Shown here in pieces: positions 1-13,100 of a DNA stretch of 48,803 nucleotides. Both the position numbers and the translations under genes were made by a program. The notes beneath the pieces are model-generated. The model searched no databases, was not told the DNA's origin, and saw nothing but the letters and a program-made list of their open reading frames with translations. This DNA comes from Basidiobolus meristosporus CBS 931.73 (Eukaryota > Fungi > Basidiobolomycota), in assembly GCA_002104905.1 (NCBI GenBank), contig MCFE01000662.1:1-48803 (forward strand), read 5' to 3'. Position 1 is the stretch's first letter, and each line of letters opens with the position of its first letter.

Positions 1-180
1 GTATCTTGCAATTGTACCATCAACCTTGCATTTTGTCTTGAAGACCCATCTGCATCCAATTGAGTTCTAGTTGAGTAGTAATTTGACTAGGTCCCCAGTT
101 TAATTTTCCACTAGGACCTAATACTCCTCAGTCATTGCAGACCTCCAAAACTTTGTCTGAGGGGTATATAGGGCCTCTTT
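1..180 (-). pseudogene. Copia reverse transcriptase (RVT_2) N-terminal remnant
   Basis: Minus translation KEALYTPQTKFWRSAMTEEY*VLVEN*TGDLVK...IGCRWVFKTKCKVDGTIARY; joins in frame to PQTV at 538-550 once the solo LTR and one TSD are removed. Confidence 0.85.
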
Positions 181-532
181 TGTTGTAAAAATTTGCAATT
201 CCACCTAAATATTCACCTAGCTTAGTCACTTAGATCTTTACCTTCAGATTCTAGGGAATACTGGCCAAATTCCTTGTTGGGACTCACTTTCAAATATTTT
301 TGCCAAAATACCAGGTACCCAGAACATTGAAAATTCTCAAAGTTTTGCCAAACAGCCCCAAGCTTTGCACACATGTTTTTGGTACCTTACTTAATCTATT
401 CTATGTGCTTGTAATGCTTGAACCATATATAAGTATAAATACTACTTTTACATTCAATCAAGCATCAAGTGAAAGCTACATAATCTACTAGTTCTCCCAT
501 TCACTTCCAATATCTCCAAGACTCTTACAACA
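181..532 (+). mobile_element. Copia solo LTR (352 bp) with 5-bp TSD TCTTT
   Basis: Termini TGTTGTAAAAA...ACAACA; TCTTT at 176-180 and 533-537; homologous to the LTR at 7444-7703, which is followed by a PBS and gag. Confidence 0.9.
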
Positions 533-537
533 TCTTT

Positions 538-1968
538 TACAGTCTGTGGTTAGTCAATTTGGACTGAATAGGCATAGAACAAGTTTGTAACCTCATTGAT
601 GTAGTAATTGGAACTATTTCTGGTCTGGTTGGAGCTCCTGGTTTGTGGTATAGGAATGATCACTTCAGGGATATACTTGGACACTGATTAAGGCCAAACC
701 ACAATTGTAGAGTCCTCCGGAGTGAAGAAATTTGCATTACTTTGCTCTAATTCAATCCCAACTATTGGTGGACTTGAGATCAGATTTTTGTCATCATCTA
801 ATGTCATTTTTTGTAAATTTTTTTAATTTTCATCAAATAACAAGTCCCTAGACTTGATCTGTTTCTTTGCTTTGAACTTTGGAGTCTGTATGATTTACTC
901 TGATTGCAGTAGCCCAACAATGTGCACTTTATACTTTTGACTAAAGTTGTGACTTATTTGCAAGCAGTTTATTGGCACATGCTGCACACCCAGATATTCA
1001 TAGATGTTCTGCACTTGGTCTGTATCCATACCATGCCTTGAATGGAGTCAAATCACAAAGTATATGCTATAACTCCTGTTTTTAAGGTCTACAGCTGTGG
1101 CAACTGATTATGCCCAAAAATAATTGGATGATTTTAGATCATGGATCATTTATCTTGCCATATCAGTTATTCATTTGCTTGCATGCTCTGCCACTCTATT
1201 TTGCTGTGGGGTGTATGGTACAGTAGTCTCTTACTTTTTCACAAATTTTGCAGCAGTGGATGAAGAGTTTTGAGGTATATACTCCATTATTGTCAGAATG
1301 TTTTTCTTAACTCTTCACCAGTTTCTCTCTCCACTATAGCTTTAAACTCTGTGAACTTAGATAGGGCTTCTTCTTTTCTCTCCATGGAGTAGGCCCATTT
1401 ATATCTTTTATAATCAGCAATAAAAGTTATAAAATACTCCATCCTGCCAAGGGATAATTTTTCATAGATACCTTGAGATCTGCGTAAGTTAGCCCAAATA
1501 TTTCTTAGTTTTGGTTAACCAAGAGCTCTTGAATGATTGTCTGGCTTGTTCTCCATATATGCAGGCTTCATAGTGCTCCAAATAAGCTGGGGCATAAGTT
1601 TTTACTCACAAACTAGCAAATTTTTGATCATTTAGCAGAGATAATAAAAATCAATTTGTCCAAATCTCCTGTGTCACAAGCATTGATGTTTTGTCATTCA
1701 AGTGACTTATATTGGCTACTAGATATGATGGAATATAAGGCAACTTGTATAGACTCTGATCTCTGATACCCAAAGCAATATGGGCATAATTATGATCAGT
1801 GATCCTGAGTTCATGATTGTGACAGCTGAAATTGAGTCCTTCTACCATGGCCTTGCCTACAGATAGTAGCTTCATGGATATTTCTGATACATTGAGTACC
1901 TCCTTGAAAGGCAGGTTTATGGCTTCCCTTGCTGCTTCTAAGGTTTACATGGATAGTACCTTCTCCCA
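538..1968 (-). pseudogene. Copia integrase region remnant with many stops and frameshifts
   Basis: Minus-strand motifs EVLNVSEISMKLLSVGK, LGIRDQSLYKL, YEACIYGEQ, YFITFIADY, ETTVPYTPQQNRVAE, KCTLLGYC. Confidence 0.85.
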
Positions 1969-2289
1969 CCCTAAGAAAAAAAACTGAGAAAAGGCCCGCA
2001 AATTACCATAATAGTATCAGCTGAATTCCAAGTTTCCCAAAATTGACACCTCTCAATATCTCTGTGCTTAGGTGATGGGCAGGAAAGCAAACAAGTTGCC
2101 CAGGAGGAGACTAGGCAAACTAACATTCATGCCAAATATGGTAATTAGCTGCCCATAACTCCCATCAAAAATTGCATTTGAAATTTTGAGCCTAAAACAC
2201 CAGCTGAATACCAGCAAAATACCATTAGAATACCAGCAGAATACCAGCTAAAAATCAGATGAATTCCAAGTTTGAAATTTTTCATAGGG
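1969..2289. mobile_element. Non-autonomous CACTA/CMC-like MITE (321 bp), 3-bp TSD CCA
   Basis: TIRs CCCTAAGAAAAA / TTTTTCATAGGG; CCA at 1966-1968 and 2290-2292; copia frame (VMGDNRTPEAV-G-EGTIHV) restored on removal; subterminal AATACCAGC-type repeats at 2198-2250. Confidence 0.88.
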
Positions 2290-2491
2290 CCACTGCTTCA
2301 GGTGTTCTATTGTCACCCATGACAACCTTCTTAATTGGAATTTCTTGATATTGGGTAGATACTCTTTTTGGTGTGTAAAGTAATGGGATGCTCCAGAGTC
2401 AATGTACCACATCTGAGAATCCTTGTCTGTGGTCATATTTAGTGCAGATATGAACAGTTCAGTATTCTGGCTTCTTTTGCTGATTATCTCT
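2290..2491 (-). pseudogene. Copia aspartic protease remnant
   Basis: ELFISALNMTTDKDSQMWYIDSGASHYFT (WxxDSGAS motif); ORF track 2248-2436. Confidence 0.88.
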
Positions 2492-2929
2492 CCCTACAAA
2501 AAATTACTGTGATGATCCCATCAAAAGGCCTTTGCAAATTTTAATTCCCATGACTAAGAGGTATTGATCTACATCAGGACACCATGCAAAGACTGTCAAA
2601 AAATAATTGCACCCCAGATATCACAAAAAACTTGGTCAAACATTTCATCACAACAACATGAAGATGGCTTTTGGTTGGTTCTCTGCCAGTCTTCTCACTT
2701 TTCCATCCCAGACACTCTAACACATTCTACATTTGTGCCCATTGATTGGCTATTGCCTCTTTTGCACACTCCTTACTACCTGACTGAACTATTTCTCTTA
2801 CTTTTCATGCATACAAATTGATTCATTCCTGTTGAAACCTCAGTTGTTCCTCAATTGCCAATTGTATTGACCTATACAAGTCCCCATACACTACACTAAC
2901 ATTAAGCCCAACCCCACCCTCTACAAATA

Positions 2930-3870
2930 ACTCCATTAAATTCTCCACTCAGTAAGTATTTCTGCTTTGATACTCTGTATCCATGACTTGAGTTGGAACC
3001 CTATGGCTTTAAGCCACTGTTCAGTCACTGGTTGCCATATGTCCTGGTTTTCAGCTGGCACTGCAAGGTCTAGAACCTCATCTGCCAGTATTACAATAAG
3101 TCCTTGCATATTCAAGTGGGTTTTCTTGAGCACTGCTTTTGAAGAAGTACTGCAACCTCTTAGTGTGCCTATTAATGTTACAAAGTTCCACTGAAGGCAT
3201 TGTGATGACCTTTTCAGTTCTTGATGTTATTACTTTGTCTGTAAGGGGGGTTGCTACTCTCATAGCAATGGAGGATGTGGAGGCTGTAGTAGAGAAATTC
3301 CCTTTCTCTGGCAACTCATCTACCTCACTAGAGTGTAGCTCAACTGGCTGTACTTCCTACTCTTGTGAGAATAGCTATTTTCTTGTTGGTAATTCTTCCA
3401 GGCTATGATAGGATTTGATCTGTTCCAGGCTTTTGGCACTAATTAGTGATAACTGCAGCTTTTTCTCACATATCCCTGTCTTTGGCTTGGGTAGACTCTT
3501 TTCCCTTTAGCTTTTCCTTCATAACAGTCAAGTCATTCTCTGTTACTTTGTCTGAGTTCTTCTTATATAGAACTACATTTTCCTTTTAATAAATGTGCTC
3601 TGATGCATCTAGTTGGGCCTACTTGTCCCTAGCTGGCACTCTGCTGGCAACCTGACGCTTCTTTCCTGTTTGTTTTGAGCTCTCAGCCCATGCTGTGAAG
3701 CACTCCTGAGGTAGCTGCTTGTATTCATCACTGCCAGGCCCTACATGGCTACTTTGACTGAGTGCTTTTATTACCTTCAGTGGGCATACTGTCCACAGGG
3801 CCTTTTTGGTTGTAGCCCTGCATGTGGCACTGAAAGGCAAAGTAAGCTGTTGTCCAACTATTCTTCTGTT
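2930..3870 (-). pseudogene. CACTA-like element second ORF (unknown product), decayed
   Basis: Translations (ADEVLDLAVPAENQDIWQPV; STTASTSSIAMRVATPLTDKVITSRTEKVITMPSVEL) match copy 2 at 15430-16500 (+) and the fragment at ~23400-23870; no family recognised. Confidence 0.55.
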
Positions 3871-3949
3871 GGGTTTGGTTGGGAACCAGACAACTTTGAG
3901 TTTTTTATATGTACATGGTATAAGTGGACAACCATCATGCAGCTGGCAA

Positions 3950-6330
3950 CATGTGACCCAAAGACTGTCCTAATGCCAGCATGTGTTAACAGTTGCATGG
4001 CAGTCACATCAGAAAATGTTACCATTGCTAGGCATCATACTTGTCAGGAATCCACCACCATTGGAGGAAAACATTGCTCACATTCCAGATATAATCTATC
4101 AATACCCCTTCTGAAGAAGCTCATGAAGTACAACAAATGCTGTGAAGCTATAAAGTACCACTCTTAGTATCAATCAAGCACAAATATATCAGATATATCT
4201 GATTGCAAAGATTACAAACACCTAAGAAGCAAGTGCTACTTTGAAGATGCATATGACCATGCCCCTTCCTTGGGACTTGATGAAATCTTATCAAACAAGT
4301 ATTCTACCAGCAAATTCTGCTGGCTGCTGATTCTCATCAACCTGAATTTACCACCTATCTTACAGTATCAGGGCAGAAATCTGATGGTGGCTTCTCTGGT
4401 ATCTGGGCCTAAATCACCATCCCACCTGGAAAGCTACCTCTATTCACTGCTGGAGAAGTTTTGTATCCATTCCAGCAGGAAACAACAGATGGCCATCATG
4501 TCAAAGAACATATTATTATCTGCATTGGAGATACCCCAGCCATCAGCAAGACATCTGGCTCTTCTGGATACAATGGACAGCATTGCTTTCAAAGGTGTGA
4601 GATCCAGGGAACTTACTCCATAACTCACACACATTACAATTACCCACACACCAGCACCAAGAGCATCATCCTTCTGCAGTGAGAATGTACAGAAGTCAGC
4701 ATGCAATTGCAGTAAAGTTGGCAAGCTATAATCCATTGGCCCAAATAGGGAATTAATCAGAAACCAGGGATACTTGAGATAGAGGGTACCTTTTAGAGCA
4801 AAAGCTTTGCACTATGTGCAATGCATTTGCTTTTCAACAATATCCCTACACTGATGATTAGTTGTACAAGGGGCTTTTCATGATAAATGAGCACATTGAT
4901 ACACTGGAGAAATTTGAAAGAGGTGGCATGATACTACAGAGTATCTACTACCCTAAGTATGCTTAGTGGCTCCAATCAACATTGATACACATATGTTGCA
5001 ATTCAAGTGCAAGGACTGAGCAAACTAGATGTGTATTTATTCAAATGGACTTCTGAAGCCATTTCTACCAAGAGTACATTGGAAGCATTGAGAGTCATAT
5101 GTGGACATTGTAGGAATATTTATCCAGAAGCAGATCACCAATGCCAACTTGACACATCTACAGCTTTTGTGCAAAGAGTTTGTGACAGGATTTGAGCAGC
5201 TATACTGAAGACATATTATTGAATGTGTAAATCTCTGCAGCTACTGTATTCATCAGCAACTCCATCTTGCTTAGTGTGTTGAGAACATTGAACCTTGCTT
5301 CACCTTTTGGGAGCTTCCTATGGAGCAGATGTGTGGTGAGATAGGAGGACAAGTCAAGTTGCAAGTGCTATTATATTGCAATCTCATCAATAATATTATC
5401 TTCAAGTCAGTCATGGTTGTAATGAGTTGGCACATGGAGGACAGCCAGGAAAAGTTAGAAAATACTTAGAACAGATGTACATATGGAGACACCTATGCCT
5501 ATGGAATTAAGAAGCTAAGCAGCCCCAATGTATTAGTAATGTTATGAATAGACATAAGGCAGGACCAGGAAAGGACTTAGGTGTGGATCAACAAGGCAAG
5601 GTGGATTTCCAAGGCAAGGTTGTTTATTCAAGACCTGTGTTTATCAGACTGAGGAATACTTAAGGTGGGATAGGACTATATATACTTTTTGGCTATACTG
5701 ATGCCAAGAGATATTGGCTAATACTAATGGGGTTGTGGGGTGAGGCACAGCAATGGTGCTGGGGATAATGACATAGATGACACGGCACTGAGACAGGATG
5801 GGGAAATGGATTGGGTCACCTGATGATGTGACTAAGTCATGTGACCTGGTATTTCCATATATGGTACTGGACTATGAAAAATACAATGGGAAGCTTCCAT
5901 GGAATGTTCCATTGTGTAACAATGGTTTGAATGGTCAGGAACTTTCTGGAAGATGGTAGAAGGTTCCAGAAGGAATCTCTTAGAAATTGAGCTAGGAAGC
6001 TGAAACTTTGCATGGGTGCTCATGGTTGTCATATGATCATGACAAGTAATCTGTTACATAATGCATAGTTGGGTTGGGTGCAACAAGCAACTGACTTTTG
6101 TCCGGAAATCTACCAAGGTAAACCAGATTTCTCATTTCACAAGTCAATTTCAGCACCATTCAATACAGAATTCACACAAATAAGAACCATGGTGCACCCA
6201 TAAGGGGGACCAGAATCCAGCAGGGAAAAGGAATATATTGGCTCAATACCAAACGGTTTTTTGCGGATATTACGGAGGTATTTGTAGCAGAAGTGGCAGC
6301 AACCAAGCATCTGTTTCAAGGTGTATGGCA
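3950..6330 (+). pseudogene. Transposase family tnp2 (Transposase_21, CMC/CACTA) remnant interrupted by a solo LTR
   Basis: Motifs ACVNSCMAVT, WLLILINLNLPP...SGPKSP, IGDTPAISKTSGSSGYNGQHCFQRC, FWELPMEQMCG resemble fungal tnp2 transposases; many stops. Confidence 0.75.
5540..6044 (-). mobile_element. Solo LTR of chromovirus family B (505 bp), 5-bp TSD AGTAA
   Basis: Reverse complement of the 21738-22265 LTR; AGTAA at 5535-5539 and 6045-6049; the empty site matches CACTA copy 2 at ~9460-9490. Confidence 0.93.
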
Positions 6331-6956
6331 ACTTTGTGTGTATCACTAAAAAGCTGTATAGTTAAGGTGATTGAAGTATGTCAATTGTGGTAGGTGTGCA
6401 TATTTATAGAGGTTAATAAGCAGGAGGTCATAGTATTTTTTGATTCAAGCAATTTGTGGTATACCCAAGGTAATAGTGGGTAAGCAAATAAAGAGGAGTG
6501 ATTCTACAGCTGAATATCTGAGTTGTACAAGGGTAGGTGGAAAAAGGAAATACCGTGTGGTAAACTGGTATGGTAGCATAATACAGAACTAGCTGTAGGC
6601 CACCATACTGCCATAACAATGCCAGGAGAGGCTTGCAACAAGGCTGTCAAAACACCATCAAGTGTTTTGGTGAATAAGGCAATTAGATTTACTGGCCAAT
6701 CAAATTCACTCAGAAAGCTGTAGAGTGCACTAAGACTGCAACAATGCCATGCCACCCTTGGCAAAATACCATATAAGCACCATTATGTTTTGAACTTTAT
6801 TTGGCTACAAAATTAGCCAAATGCCATTGTGACCCCATCATAAGATTGTGTAGATGGTCATTAATTCCAAGCTGCTGATATCATTGCAGTTTCCTGACAG
6901 GATCTTTGCAGCTGATCAGGATTGCATCCACCTGTTGGACCATATTTTTCATAGGT

Positions 6957-7443
6957 TTGCTGTTTAAAGCACTGGCTTAATTAGTGCTCATTCCTTATGC
7001 AATAATTGCAAAACAGGTTGCTATTGCCTTTGAAGGGTTTTGAGTACCTCCTTTGCTGGTTATCATCGCTTATTAAAGAATTATTTCTTCTGTCCTATTT
7101 AAGCTTGACTTTCTTAATCCTGTATTCAGGAGCCTTTCATATTTGTAATATAAGGTCAGGTGTTAGTTCTGGATTATAGGGCTGATAGAAGGTACCAAAA
7201 CCTCTCTGTCAGGCTATTCAGGATGGTAAATATCACATTCTCATCAGTAGTTAGTATGCCCACAGATTCCAACTCATTCACCAGCAGGGTTATTCTGGTA
7301 ATTAGATATTGCATTTCTTCCCATAGCAGCATCCTTATAGTAATGAACTTTTGCCTAAGATATATTTTCTTAGCAGCTGAACATGACTGGTATGTGTCTT
7401 TCAATGCCTTCCAGGCATTCTTTGCAGTTTTTGCTTTTAAGCA
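6957..7443 (-). pseudogene. Copia gag (UBN2-like region plus CCHC zinc knuckle) remnant
   Basis: KAKTAKNAWKALKDTYQSCSAAKKIYLRQKFITIRM...ILNSL (ORF 7174-7467); CNYCIRNEH*LSQC next to 6957. Confidence 0.85.
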
Positions 7444-8092
7444 TGTTGTAAAAAGTTGTAGTTCCACCTAAATATTCACCTAACTTAGTTGCTTAGATCA
7501 TTATTGTTAAATTCTAGAGCACACTGACCAAATTGCTTGTTGGGATCTACTTGGAATGTTTTCACCTATTCTATGTGCTTGTAATGCCACAACCATGTAA
7601 AAGTATAATTACTACTTTTACATTTAATAAATCTTTAAGTGAAAGCAACATAAATTATTCATCATCCCAAGTTAATTCCAATATCTCCAAGACTCCTACA
7701 ACAGGTTATGAGTTCCAAGCTGTCACTCTCTGCAATGTCTACTACTGCTATTACTGGAATTTCCCCTCTGCTGAAAAGTTGAATGGATCTAACTACCAAG
7801 TGTGGAAGGTGAAGATGAAGATGCTGCTATAAGAAAGAGGTCTTTGAGATATTGTCACACAAGAAAAAATGCCCTTTTAAAAACATGGAAGAGAAAGCCT
7901 TAAAGTACCAGAACAAAGAACAAAGTGCCTTTATATGTATTAGCCTTAATGTTAATGACAAGTTGTTAATCTGATGCTCAAGAGCAAAAATTGCAAAGAA
8001 TGCCTGAAAAGCATCAGAAGATACCTACCAATCATGTTCAGCTGCTAAAAAAATGTATCATACACAAATATTCCTATAACAAAGATGCTGCT
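7444..8092 (+). mobile_element. Truncated plus-strand copia: LTR (7444-7703, internally deleted), PBS and gag N-terminus
   Basis: TGTTGTAAAAA...CCTACAACA, then GGTTATGAG, then AEKLNGSNYQVWKVKMKMLL*ERGL*DIVT. Confidence 0.82.
7704..7712 (+). promoter_or_regulatory. Copia primer-binding site complementary to the tRNA-iMet anticodon arm
   Basis: GGTTATGAG directly after the LTR is complementary to CTCATAACC; anticodon-half priming is established for Drosophila copia and Ty5. Confidence 0.65.
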
Positions 8093-8340
8093 AATTTTTG
8101 TCTCTGACATTGAGGCAAATTCAGCTGAAGGCACTTGGTTTTTTATTCAGGAACTTTAGATCTTCTCTCCCACATTTTTTGAAGGGCATTCTTCTCCCAT
8201 GAAAAAGATCTTAAAGGCCTCTTTCTTGTGGAGCATCTTCACCCCCACCTTCCACACTTGGTAGCAGGATTAATCAAGCTTTTGAGCAGAGGGAAAATTC
8301 CAGTAATAGCGGTAGTAAACATTGCAGAGAGTGACCGGTA
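8093..8340 (-). pseudogene. Copia gag N-terminus of the host minus-strand element
   Basis: Reverse-complement homolog of 7750-7960 (CAAGTGTGGAAGGTG...AAGATGCT). Confidence 0.75.
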
Positions 8341-8370
8341 ATAGCAGTAGTATACATTGCAGTGAGTGAC
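8301..8370. repeat. 35-bp tandem duplication in the copia leader
   Basis: CAGTAATAGCGGTAGTAAACATTGCAGAGAGTGAC followed by CGGTAATAGCAGTAGTATACATTGCAGTGAGTGAC; single copy in the homolog near 7720-7760. Confidence 0.85.
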
Positions 8371-8388
8371 AGCTTGGCATGTAGAACC

Positions 8389-8554
8389 TTATATGAGAGT
8401 CTTGGAGACACTGAAAGTGATTGGGAGAAGAAGTAGACTATGTTGCTTTTACTTGATATATTATTGAATGTAAATTAGTATTTATACTTATATAGTCATG
8501 GCAAAGCATACCCATAGATTAGGTTTTGGAAGTTCCCATGAACATGTGTGCAAA
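8389..8554 (-). repeat. Copia 5' LTR, distal part (split by CACTA copy 2)
   Basis: Reverse-complement homolog of ~365-532; continues at 16923. Confidence 0.8.
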
Positions 8555-9179
8555 CCCTATGAAAAATAATTTGGTCCTGTGGGTGGATCCTATCCAGACC
8601 AACCATTGGGATCTTGCTTGGAGACTATCATAATACCAGCAGCTTGGAATTAGTGATCCTCTTAACAATCTTATGACAGGATCACAACAGTATTACTCCG
8701 AAGTAAAGTTATAAAGCTTGACAAGATTTGATTGGTGCTGTGATAATAGTTACATGGTATTGTTGCGGTCATTTTGTGCTCTACAACTATATCGGTGGAT
8801 CTAACTGGTCAGAGCATCTAATTGCAATCAATGGCAAAAGATCTGAGAGCATTTCAATGGCCTTGCAGGGCATTATAACACCAGTATGGCAGCCTACAGC
8901 TAGTTCTATATAATGCTACCATATCAATTTACCAAATGGTACTTCCTCTTTCTACCTCCCCTTGTGCAACTCATATATTCCACTTTAAAATCACCCCTCT
9001 GTATTTGCTTACCCACTACTACCTTTGGTATTCCACATATAGTTTGAATCAAAAAAAACTATGGCCTCCTGCTTACTAACCTCCACAAATGTGCACACCT
9101 GCTGCAATTGATATACTTCTATCACCTCAACTTTATGGCTTTTTAGTGTGATAGTTGCAAAGTTGCCATATACCTTGTA

Positions 9180-10169
9180 CTGCTAGTAGCATATACATCT
9201 TGCCAACATATGCTGGGTTGTTGCAACTTCTGCCATTAGTACCTCTTGAATATCCACAAGGGAATTCATGGTATTTAGCCAATATACTCCTTCTCCCTGC
9301 GGGATTCTAGTCACCCCTATATGTGCACTCTGGCTCTTGTTTGTTTGAATTCCATATTGAGTGGTGTAGAAGCTGGCTTGTGAGTAAAAGAAGTCCGGCA
9401 TACCTTGGTGGAGTTTTCCTAACAAAAGCTAGTTGCTTAGTGCACCCAACCCAACTTTGCATTACTTAACTGATTACCAATGCATTGGGTCTGCTTAGCT
9501 TCTTAATGCCATATGCATAGGTGTCTCCATATGCACATTTGTCCTCAGTACTTTTAACTCTTCCTGTCTGTCCTCCATTTGACAGCTCATCACATCCATG
9601 ACAGACTTGAAGGTAATATTCTTGGTGAGATTGGGATATAGTAGTACCTGCAACTTGACTTGTCTTCCTATCTTCCTACTCATCTGCCCTGTAGGAAACT
9701 CCCATAAGGTGAAGTAAGGCCCCATATTCACCACACACTGTGCAAGATGGAGTAGAGAATGGATACAGTAGTGGCAGAGATCTGCATGGGCAGCTTTATG
9801 TTTGTAGTATAGCTGCTCAAATCCTGTCACAAATTCCTTGCACCACAGCTGTGGGTGGGTCAAGTTGGCATTGGTGATCCACTTGTGAATAAATACTCCT
9901 ACAATCTCTACATATGACTCCCCATGCTTCCAATGTACTCTTGGTAGGAATGGCTACACAGCATCACTTGAATGAATGCATATCCTGATCATCCAGTCTT
10001 TGCATTTATATTGTAGCATATGCATATGAATATTGATTGGAGCCCATGAGAAGTACTTAGGGTAGCAGATACTCTGTAATATCCTGCCAATTCTTGCATA
10101 TTTTGCCTTTATCTCAAAGGGCTCATTTAGCTTGAAATGCTCCATGTACAACTTGGTCATCCATACAGG
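9180..10169 (-). pseudogene. tnp2 transposase remnant, C-terminal part (upstream part at 15107-~15420)
   Basis: EFVTGFEQLYYKHKAAHADLCHYCIHSLLHLAQCVVNMGPYFTLWEFP (ORF 9495-9863), typical of tnp2 C-terminal regions. Confidence 0.75.
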
Positions 10170-13100
10170 TGTTACAAGTCTTGGTATAAGAGTTGTAGAG
10201 GAATAGGGAGTTTAGCTAGTATTGTATTCACTAAACCTTGAACTGATTTTTATTGAGGTTCCAGCAGCTCCTTATATACATTTTGCCAGATCAATTACTG
10301 ACTAATTGTATTTCCTAATGTAGGTTGTGGCTGATGACTCAACTGATTGCATCATCAACACCCAATAAGATCCTATTTAATATATCTATTTCTGTCTGAT
10401 AAGGATCTGCTGATTCATTTGCTGACTAATGCTACTGATTTGATAGATAATACTGATATACTGATAACCTAAACATATACTAATTGATTTGACTAAAAAC
10501 TGATCTAACTTAAACATTCAAGCGGCAGATCATAACATTCTCCCCTACTACAGTTGAGAGGGTTCTCCTGAATCTCTTTTCTTGTGATACCAATATCTTG
10601 ATGGTTCAGTATTATCAACAAGTCTTGCAAGCTTGAGTCTGTCCCTATGCACTAAGTCTTCCTGGATATTGCCTTGTTTGTCCACCAGTTGGTAAGTTGC
10701 AAAAGGACATTCTCTGATGATCTTGAATGGTCCTGTCCATTGTGGCTCAAACTTCTTCTGGGTGTTGTTTCTTAGCAATACAAAGTTCCCAACTGTCAAT
10801 GCTTCTGGTGCTATAGTCTTATCAAATCTCTGCTTCATCTTTTCTGCACTATGAGATACTTTGGTCTGTGCCTCTTGACATCTTTGTTCCAGTTGCTGGT
10901 GTCTACTTGACTGACTGAGTCGATCTTCTAAAGTGTCTATAAGTTTTGGTTGTGTGAGATCTCCTGGAATCCTTGGTTCACATCCATAAACTAAGTAAAA
11001 TGGTGATTGATGGGTGGTGTTGTGTACTCTGACTCTGCATGCAAAGAGTGCTTGGTCTATGTACTCATCCCATCTACTGACAACTCCATTTGCATACTTG
11101 GTCAGCATTTTTCCAAATAATCCATTAAACTGCTCAGTGACTCCATTAGTTCAGGGGTGATATGCTGAGGTTTTCAAGTGTCTGATCTGCTGCATTTCCA
11201 GGTAAGCCTCTAATGTCTTTGCCATAAAATTTGCACCTCTATTGGATGGAATATCTACAGGGCATCCAAACTTCATCAGGATCTCATGGTAAATGAAACT
11301 TGCAACTTCTTGTTCACTGGCTATTGGTACAGCTTTAGCAACTGGCCATTTAGTGGCATGGTCAATTGCTACTAGGATCCAATGGTTGCATTTCCTGGTA
11401 GTTGGCAGTCTTCCAACAAAGTCAATTCCCCATCTCTCAAATGGTCTTACAGGCTCCAAAGGGAAGAGTTTGGCAATTCTTTGTGGCTGGCCTTGATTGA
11501 TTTGGCAGTTTGGGCATGTTTTCACTAGCTTCTCAATATTTTGTTTCATTCTGGGCCACCATGCTCTGACTTTCACAAGGCTATAGGTTCCTTCAATCCC
11601 AAAATGTCCATATCCATTGTGTAGCTTATGTATTAAATCCAGGCAAGCAACATAAGAACAATAGGCAATAGGGCGTCCATCAACAATCTGGTAGAGTGTT
11701 TCATCCTGTACAACAAATTTGCTGGCTTCATCACAGATAATCTTCTTGATATCTTCATCCACCTCATTAGGAATGGCTTGGTCCTCAAAGTACTTTGGAA
11801 ATAGGCTAGGCCAATCTTATTCATGCACCAAGTTGAGTTGTGCAACTTGATCTAATCTTGATAAGGCAGCAGCAACCGTGTTGTTTTTTCCAGGACACTA
11901 GACAATCTCCAGGTCAAATTGCTGACTGTATTCACTCCATCTTGTCATTCTTCTAGAGGGTACCTTCTGACTAAATATATACTTGAGGGAGGCATGATCA
12001 GTCTTCACAGTGCATTTGACTCCTTCAATATAGCATCTCCATGTCTTCAAACAGTGTATTATAGCAAGCATCTCCTTCTCATGCACTGGATAGTTTTGTT
12101 CTGCTGAGTTCAGTTTCTTGGATTCAAAGGCAACAGGGTAGTCCTTTCCTTTATGTTCTTGGCTCAGCACTCCACCAATTGCATAATCTGAAGCATCTGT
12201 GCACAGAGTGAACTCTTTTCTGAAGTCTGGTATTCTTAAGCTTGGCAGCTTAGCAAGTTCATTCTTGAGCGTCTGGAAGGCAGTCTCACAAGCTATGTCC
12301 CACTTGTAGGTACTGTCTTTCTTGAGGATATCAGTTAAAGGGGCTGCAAAACTTGCAAAAGACTTGACAAATCTCCCATAATAGGAAACCATTCCAATGG
12401 ATGATCTGAGTTCTGATATGCTATGGGGCTGCTTCAAATTCTTGATTACTTCCACCTTTGTGGGGTCTAAGGTTACTCCTGTGCTAGTCACTATGTGTCC
12501 CAGGTATTCAACATGCTCCTTGAAGAATTCACACTAGGCTAGCTTGCCATATAGCTTGTTCTCTCTTAGTTTCTTCAAGACCTTTTCAATGTGCACCACG
12601 TGATCCTCTTCCATCTTGCTGTATATCAATATGTCATCCAGGTAGATTATCACAAACTTGTCTAAGTACTCCTGAAAGACAGTCTGCATCAGTGTCATGA
12701 ATGTTGCAGGGGCATTAGTGAGGCCAAAACTCATGACTAAGTACTGGTAATGTCCATATCTGGTCCTAAATGCTGTCTTAGGAATATCTTCTGGTTTCAC
12801 CCTAATTTGGTTGTATCCTGACATAAGGTCAATCTTGCTGAAAATAGTGGCTCCATTAAGTTGGTCCAAAAGCTCATCAATCCAAGGTATGGGGTACCTA
12901 TTCTTGACAGTAACTGAGTTCAGGGCTCTTTGTCAATGCACATCCTAAGTGTTCCATCCTTCTTTTTCACAAAAAGCACTGGTGCTCCCCAGGGTGACTT
13001 GCTGGGCCTGATATATCCTTGCTCCAATAGCTGATCAATTTGTCTCTTCATTTCCTCCAATTCCAATGGACTCATTCTGTAAGGTGTCTTGCTCACTGGA

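Larger units (their letters stand above)
2492..6956 (+). mobile_element. CACTA/CMC-like DNA transposon copy 1, decayed, about 3.95 kb without the nested LTR
   Basis: Left end CCCTACAAAAAA at 2492, right end TTTTTCATAGG(T) at ~6945-6956; homologous in inverted orientation to 8555-16919; inserted between the copia zinc knuckle and protease; TSD degenerate. Confidence 0.82.

Noticed and set aside
2198-2250. Short direct repeats that could suggest a CRISPR array or iteron set
   Set aside because: About 10-bp period with no unique spacers; they lie inside a TIR/TSD-bounded MITE in eukaryotic repeat DNA.
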